DNA of 64,000 nt from NCBI GenBank assembly GCA_964106645.2, contig OZ067039.1; one strand, written 5' to 3'. Positions 63,034 through 64,000 of this stretch are shown here, piece by piece; position 1 is the first letter of the stretch, and every line of letters starts with the position of its first letter. Position numbers and translations under genes: made by a program. This stretch comes from Podarcis pityusensis (lineage: Eukaryota). The notes beneath the pieces were generated by a model. It saw only the letters and a list, made by a program, of their open reading frames with translations, did not search any database and had not been told where the DNA came from.

Positions 63034-63578
63034 GAATCACTTCACATAAAACATCCCAAAGTGATTTAACAATAAAAATACAAGTGCAGAGTACAGCCAC
63101 AGAGACAAGATGATCTTTCAGGTATCCTGGTCCCAAGCTGTTATAACAGGGCTTTGTAAACCAGTACCAAGTCTCAGATGGCTGTAGCAGAGGAGGAAGG
63201 CACAGGAAACTTTCCTTTTATGAACTTTCTTAAATTGGCTTAACTTATTATGTGCTGCTTCTTCCTGGAGTAGCATAATGCAGTGATATGAGATAAATAA
63301 ATGGAATAAAAGTTGCATTAACATCAAAGAACTAAGAAATATGCATACCAAAAAGCTGTGTCTTGAAGTCCCATTACCATTAAAAATTCCTTCAGTTTCT
63401 TCTCTTTTTCTGTCATAATATGAATAGTCAAAAAATAGCCAAAAGGAGAAAAGGCAATAACTAAGTAAATTAAGATTACTGCACGAAAGAAATTATCTAT
63501 TTCCACAACAGCAGACTTTCCCATCTTGACAGCTTTTGCTGATTCCAGTTCTTCCAAAACTGATTTATTAGTCTTCAA
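14833..63578 (-). CDS. ABCA5: ABCA5, ATP-binding cassette subfamily A member 5 (34 coding exons in window, 5' exons outside)
   Basis: The 34 exons splice in frame to 4362 nt ending in TGA at 14833-14835. The translation closely matches ABCA5 as I recall it: [134 protein letters not shown]. Confidence 0.95.
15271..15326 (-). CDS. ABCA5: ABCA5 exon ([18 protein letters not shown])
   Basis: AG/GT bounded, 56 nt. Confidence 0.93.
15831..15910 (-). CDS. ABCA5: ABCA5 exon ([17 protein letters not shown]...LEE)
   Basis: AG/GT bounded, 80 nt. Confidence 0.93.
16209..16385. mobile_element. Same MITE family, opposite orientation, internally deleted
   Basis: TA-CAGTGGTACCT..AGGTACCACTG-TA; interior is the reverse complement of the 2261 copy. 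Confidence 0.85.
16912..17061 (-). CDS. ABCA5: ABCA5 exon ([19 protein letters not shown]...NASCQK)
   Basis: AG/GT bounded, 150 nt. Confidence 0.93.
17173..17292 (-). CDS. ABCA5: ABCA5 exon, NBD2 H-loop ([16 protein letters not shown])
   Basis: AG/GT bounded, 120 nt. Confidence 0.93.
17460..17747. mobile_element. Degenerate palindromic Harbinger-like MITE
   Basis: TCATCCAGACT ... AGTCTGGATGA ends; internal GCTTTCCCTGGGAAA / TTTCCTGGGGAAAGC inverted pair. Confidence 0.55.
17832..17967. mobile_element. hAT-Charlie-like palindromic MITE
   Basis: CAGGCATAGGCAAACTCGGCCC...GGGCCGAGTTTGCCTATGCCTG near-perfect foldback; 8-bp TSD GTCAACAT at 17824-17831 and 17968-17975. Confidence 0.92.
18326..18420 (-). 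CDS. ABCA5: ABCA5 exon, NBD2 Walker B ([25 protein letters not shown])
   Basis: AG/GT bounded, 95 nt. Confidence 0.93.
18874..18949 (-). CDS. ABCA5: ABCA5 exon ([25 protein letters not shown])
   Basis: AG/GT bounded, 76 nt. Confidence 0.93.
19509..19684 (-). CDS. ABCA5: ABCA5 exon, NBD2 Q-loop ([12 protein letters not shown])
   Basis: AG/GT bounded, 176 nt. Confidence 0.93.
20329..20420 (-). CDS. ABCA5: ABCA5 exon, NBD2 Walker A ([12 protein letters not shown])
   Basis: AG/GT bounded, 92 nt. Confidence 0.93.
20517..20827 (+). mobile_element. Short 5'-truncated L1 (3'UTR + A-tail) of the same family as the full-length element at 41.5-47.6 kb
   Basis: Aligns by eye to the reverse complement of 41526-41825 (roughly 90% or more, including about 75 nt identical). 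18-bp TSD TATTTTTACAACTAACCT at 20499-20516 and 20828-20845. Confidence 0.92.
20844..20961 (-). CDS. ABCA5: ABCA5 exon ([14 protein letters not shown]...FCVKK)
   Basis: ctag/AAA CCG ... AAA G/gttagt; 118 nt. Confidence 0.92.
21330..21453 (-). CDS. ABCA5: ABCA5 exon (...[17 protein letters not shown]...CEE)
   Basis: AG/GT bounded, 124 nt. Confidence 0.92.
22283..22374 (-). CDS. ABCA5: ABCA5 exon ([16 protein letters not shown]...DPFFR)
   Basis: AG/GT bounded, 92 nt. Confidence 0.92.
22498..22730 (+). mobile_element. tRNA-derived CORE/MIR-like SINE (Squam3-related)
   Basis: A box TGGTGTAGTGG, B box GGTTCAAATC, core GTGACCTTGGGCCAGTCA..ACCTCACAGGGTTGTT, A-rich tail. Confidence 0.75.
22881..23172. 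mobile_element. Mariner/Tc2-like non-autonomous element
   Basis: TA-CCATATTTTTTGCTTTATAAGAC ... GTCTTATAGAGCAAAAAATACGGG-TA TIRs; strong internal hairpin at about 22979-23058. Confidence 0.8.
23677..23742 (-). CDS. ABCA5: ABCA5 exon ([22 protein letters not shown])
   Basis: ttag/GTA ... GCG/gtaggc; 66 nt; divergent but in the expected position and phase. Confidence 0.8.
24224..24402. mobile_element. Mariner/Tc2-like MITE
   Basis: TA-CCGTATTTAGGCAAATCTAATGCAC ... GTGCATTACATTTGAGTAAATATGG TIRs. Confidence 0.7.
24727..29400 (+). mobile_element. 5'-truncated, decayed L1 (different family), antisense to ABCA5
   Basis: ORF1 C-terminal remnant (24772-24990, [10 protein letters not shown]). ORF2 runs from ATG 25115 ([12 protein letters not shown]) to 28860, broken by several frameshifts and stops (fragments 25255-26097, 26078-27742 with FADD, 27890-28261, 28276-28635, 28657-28860). 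AATAAA near 29370. TSD AGAAATAACAACAA at 24713-24726 and 29401-29414. Confidence 0.93.
29599..29733 (-). CDS. ABCA5: ABCA5 exon (VALICVIV...[15 protein letters not shown])
   Basis: AG/GT bounded, 135 nt. Confidence 0.9.
30123..30236 (-). CDS. ABCA5: ABCA5 exon ([14 protein letters not shown]...[10 protein letters not shown])
   Basis: AG/GT bounded, 114 nt. Confidence 0.92.
30328..30485 (+). mobile_element. L2 LINE short 3' fragment (same family)
   Basis: ACTTTTAGAAGACATCTGAAGGCAGCCCTGTTTAGG..GGGGTATAAATAAA(TTA)n. Confidence 0.78.
31342..31512 (-). CDS. ABCA5: ABCA5 exon ([25 protein letters not shown]...)
   Basis: AG/GT bounded, 171 nt. Confidence 0.93.
31651..31862. mobile_element. Degenerate palindromic Harbinger-like MITE
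   Basis: GGGCTCACCCACACTTC ... GAAGTGTGATTGAGCC; internal CCAGGAAAACCCAC / GTGGGTTTTCCTGG. Confidence 0.55.
33469..33610. mobile_element. Truncated Tc1/mariner-pogo type MITE
   Basis: TA-CAGTCATATCTCTGGTTACAGACGCTTCAGGTT end and internal AACCCGGAAGTA..TACTTCCGGGTT palindrome; second TIR missing. Confidence 0.6.
33880..33993 (-). CDS. ABCA5: ABCA5 exon (KITD...[13 protein letters not shown])
   Basis: AG/GT bounded, 114 nt. Confidence 0.9.
34393..34530 (-). CDS. ABCA5: ABCA5 exon (NYIFTAAFN...NIISNLYL...FFQ)
   Basis: AG/GT bounded, 138 nt. Confidence 0.92.
34899..35026 (-). CDS. ABCA5: ABCA5 exon ([10 protein letters not shown]...[14 protein letters not shown])
   Basis: AG/GT bounded, 128 nt. 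Confidence 0.92.
35358..35421. repeat. Compound (CT)n(CA)n microsatellite
   Basis: Direct reading. Confidence 0.95.
35837..36009 (-). CDS. ABCA5: ABCA5 exon (FLLLTVF...PDLYFLKP...LLVQNFT)
   Basis: AG/GT bounded, 173 nt. Confidence 0.92.
36572..36867. mobile_element. Palindromic PIF/Harbinger-like MITE
   Basis: GGGCTTATCCACACTTACCTTT ... AAAGGTAAATGTGGATAAGCCC; foldback interior; superfamily assignment is inference. Confidence 0.65.
37414..37596 (+). mobile_element. RTE BovB LINE 3' fragment
   Basis: Encodes [19 protein letters not shown]..; ends GTCCATGGGGTC..AAGAGTCGGA..GACT(AAC)n; flanked by AGCTATTTG repeats. Confidence 0.88.
37908..38109 (-). CDS. ABCA5: ABCA5 exon (DFSAF...[14 protein letters not shown]...LWKKQ)
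   Basis: AG/GT bounded, 202 nt. Confidence 0.92.
38208..38327 (-). CDS. ABCA5: ABCA5 exon ([26 protein letters not shown])
   Basis: AG/GT bounded, 120 nt. Confidence 0.93.
38625..38840 (+). mobile_element. CR1 LINE 3' fragment
   Basis: CTAAACATTAGGAATAACTTTCTGA..TCTCCTTCACTGGA..TTGGATGGCCATCTGTC..; terminal ATTCTATGA repeat unit. Confidence 0.75.
39510..39649 (-). CDS. ABCA5: ABCA5 exon (MQIDRYC...[14 protein letters not shown])
   Basis: AG/GT bounded, 140 nt. Confidence 0.93.
40891..40981 (-). CDS. ABCA5: ABCA5 exon ([30 protein letters not shown])
   Basis: AG/GT bounded, 91 nt. Confidence 0.93.
41089..41227 (-). CDS. ABCA5: ABCA5 exon, NBD1 Walker B/H-loop ([13 protein letters not shown]...STHFMEEAD); GC donor
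   Basis: ttag/GTA TTA ... GCT G/gcaagt; 139 nt. Confidence 0.9.
41817..45557 (-). CDS. L1 ORF2p (APE endonuclease, reverse transcriptase, C-terminal cysteine-rich knuckle), intact 1246 aa
   Basis: EN motifs SWNING, LQET, IYAP, GDMN, RIDQI, SDH; RT motifs [41 protein letters not shown]; CWKC..HLWWTC. Confidence 0.96.
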   Translation of the reverse strand: MSLQLLSWNINGCNIPGKRKKIFHILKKEQLDIICLQETHVTRLHRKVLINKRLGQEFVSSDKVKKRGVVIYAKESLSPKFLFKDEHGRILAIEIQYQGEKLLILGIYAPNEGKSEFYKKLQETMLDYLDYNNIIMMGDMNGVVSTNMDKSQSQNVTKDGRLPKTFFEMTDNMDLIDIWRTKNPLGREGTFFSEAQLTWTRIDQIWISRGLAPKVRKVEICPKTCSDHNAVKMDMTLLPTGSFRWKMNDNLFRDQEITKKAQKVLKDYFEINMNTTVEKRIVWDASKAVMRGFLIQQNAVKKRTQNEKKDKILDKIKELEKKLRVNPKSQPTLREIKLYQTQYSKLINQEIEWKVKLMKQKTFESANKCGKLLAWQLKRRQRLNTVTNLEVDGKNIQNPVDIRKCFQRYFKKLYTQGPQDEVEIKQFLAKNGLFKLSQENRTILNSKITRQEIEQAIQNMQLGKSPGPDGLTSKYYKTLKDYLIQPLMEVSNEIMEGKRAPESWKEAFITLIPKSEAEKTQLKNYRPISLLNVDYKIFADILASRFKKVLNEVIHKDQAGFLPGRHLFANTRNIIDILELLQTDINTKAVLIFIDAEKAFDNISWKFMMGNLKEMGVGRGFENGIEAIYSEQKAKLIVNNVVTEEFKIEKGTRQGCPISPLLFISVLEVLLNMIRGDRLVEGIQVGQKQYKLKAFADDLVLTLQKPEPSTKRVLQLINDFGRVAGFKLNKQKTKVLGKNLTDTESERFQNETELNVVKKVKYLGVNITAKNLSLFKDNYEKCWTEIKRDLDSWSKLKLSLLGRIAAIKMNVLPRMLFLFQTLQVLDKKECFQKWQRDISKFVWQGKKPRIKFKILTDAKQRGGFALPDLKLYYEAAAFCWLKDWLLLEDTDVLDLEGFNNTFGWHAYLWYDKVKANKAFKNHIVRKSLFNVWTKYKDLLENKTPRWLSPLEAKARKRPNMEAKWPKYWEILEKDGDNWKLQSLEKMKDKVRDWLHYAQIKEVFKNDKKLGFQVEKSKLETELLEPKIKVFSRMYNLLLKWNTQDETVKSAMIRWAQDIGYNIMFEDWERLWSNGLKFTACNALKENVMKMIYRWYMTPVKLAKIYHLSDNKCWKCKECEGTFFHLWWTCPKVKAFWEMIYNELKKVFKYTFTKKPEAFLLGIVGQGVVKKDQTFFMYATTAARILLAKYWKTQDLPTLEEWQMQLIDYMELAEMTGRIRDLGEERIEEDWKKFKNYLQKHCNLSEC
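45573..46620 (-). pseudogene. L1 ORF1p (coiled coil, RRM, CTD) split by a single frameshift near 45957
   Basis: ORF 46620-45931 (heptad coiled coil, [22 protein letters not shown]) and ORF 45956-45573 ([14 protein letters not shown]) overlap; removing 1 nt gives about 348 aa. Confidence 0.85.
47340..47622 (-). promoter_or_regulatory. CpG-rich 5' end of L1, putative internal Pol II promoter
   Basis: GC/CpG-dense island in an otherwise AT-rich window, at the 5' terminus of the element; L1 elements are known to carry internal 5'UTR promoters. Confidence 0.55.
48954..49073 (-). CDS. ABCA5: ABCA5 exon, NBD1 signature ([12 protein letters not shown])
   Basis: AG/GT bounded, 120 nt. Confidence 0.93.
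49210..49385 (-). CDS. ABCA5: ABCA5 exon, NBD1 Q-loop ([20 protein letters not shown])
   Basis: AG/GT bounded, 176 nt. Confidence 0.92.
50113..50305. mobile_element. Tc1/mariner-pogo type MITE
   Basis: TA-CAGTGGAACCTCGG ... CCAAGGTATGACTG-TA. Confidence 0.75.
50521..50540. repeat. (TG)n microsatellite
   Basis: Direct reading. Confidence 0.95.
50737..50847 (-). CDS. ABCA5: ABCA5 exon, NBD1 Walker A ([12 protein letters not shown])
   Basis: AG/GT bounded, 111 nt. Confidence 0.93.
51533..51591 (-). CDS. ABCA5: ABCA5 exon ([19 protein letters not shown])
   Basis: AG/GT bounded, 59 nt. Confidence 0.9.
52903..53071 (-). CDS. ABCA5: ABCA5 exon ([17 protein letters not shown]...GREAIR)
   Basis: AG/GT bounded, 169 nt. 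Confidence 0.93.
54141..54288 (-). CDS. ABCA5: ABCA5 exon ([11 protein letters not shown]...YFDQVIP)
   Basis: AG/GT bounded, 148 nt. Confidence 0.93.
54973..55222 (+). mobile_element. tRNA-derived SINE (Squam3-like)
   Basis: AGAGCCAGTGTGGTGTAGTGGTTAAGAGC A-box head, GGGTGACCTTGGGCTAGTCAC core, CTT-rich tail. Confidence 0.8.
55679..55867 (-). CDS. ABCA5: ABCA5 exon ([13 protein letters not shown]...FLIGVVQ)
   Basis: AG/GT bounded, 189 nt. Confidence 0.92.
57752..57897 (-). mobile_element. Sauria SINE 5' fragment
   Basis: Reverse complement matches the head of the 6989-7330 element. Confidence 0.8.
59836..59977 (-). CDS. ABCA5: ABCA5 exon ([11 protein letters not shown]...FFLYGLSS)
   Basis: AG/GT bounded, 142 nt. 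Confidence 0.93.
62998..63029. repeat. (CA)n microsatellite
   Basis: Direct reading. Confidence 0.95.
63349..63578 (-). CDS. ABCA5: ABCA5 exon ([13 protein letters not shown]...GLQDTAFW)
   Basis: ttag/TTG AAG ... TTT TG/gtatgc; 230 nt. Confidence 0.93.
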
Positions 63579-63862
63579 CTAAGAAAAATGAAATGTTAAA
63601 ATCAGATTTCAAATTACTGTAGCAGCTATTTCAACAGGCATTTTATATTTCCAAAAGAAACTGTAAATCTGCAAATACCAATCTCATTGCTTTAACTAGT
63701 TTTTATACCAAATTTAACTTACTGCCATGAAACTCAAAAGGGATCCTTCACAACAGCATCTTGGTTACAAGGTATAGTGAGTGCCCAGAGTTTGCCATGT
63801 TCTGCTTTCACCAAGTTCACATTTTTCAAAAGTGGGTATGGCAATCTTTATAAATTACAGTT

Positions 63863-63978
63863 TATTCTGTCTCTCACAGCTACAATAAACCTACCATTAA
63901 AATTATGCACTGGTCATTTCTTCATCAGAGGGCAAATGGGCAAATTTAGCAGGGGATCAAATACTTTCCCCCCTACTG
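63863..63978 (+). mobile_element. Terminal fragment of a Tc1-type DNA transposon (long-TIR end)
   Basis: Ends GCAGGGGATCAAATACTTTCCCCCCTACTG-TA, the pattern of Tc1 TIR termini (CAGT-GGGG..AAGTATTTGATC on the other strand). Confidence 0.65.
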
Positions 63979-64000
63979 TACATCCAGGATACCAGTTCAA

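Overview
Eukaryotic genomic DNA from a squamate reptile, most likely a lacertid lizard (inferred from Sauria SINE, Squam3-like SINE, BovB, L2, CR1 and L1 repeats). It holds two spliced ABCA-subfamily lipid transporter genes arranged tail-to-tail. The + strand carries the last 11 coding exons (638-10261) of an ABCA6/8/9/10-like gene. The - strand carries 34 coding exons (63578->14833, 4362 nt, about 1453 aa, 5' end outside the window) of ABCA5. I assembled all exons by hand and they join in frame. The introns contain a young full-length L1 (intact 1246-aa ORF2, ORF1 broken by one frameshift, 13-bp TSD), a decayed 4.7-kb L1, truncated L1/L2/CR1/BovB pieces, SINEs and many Tc1/mariner, hAT and Harbinger-like MITEs. 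I see no prokaryote-type system or new protein family. The most notable observations are: (i) an inverted pair of same-family L1 3'UTRs next to splice sites, bracketing 16 ABCA5 exons (back-splicing geometry); (ii) an L1 insertion whose TSD duplicates an ABCA5 5' splice site; (iii) the convergent orientation of the ABCA paralogs; (iv) a GC-AG intron and a stop-free in-frame 111-nt intron; (v) altered Q-loop and signature motifs.
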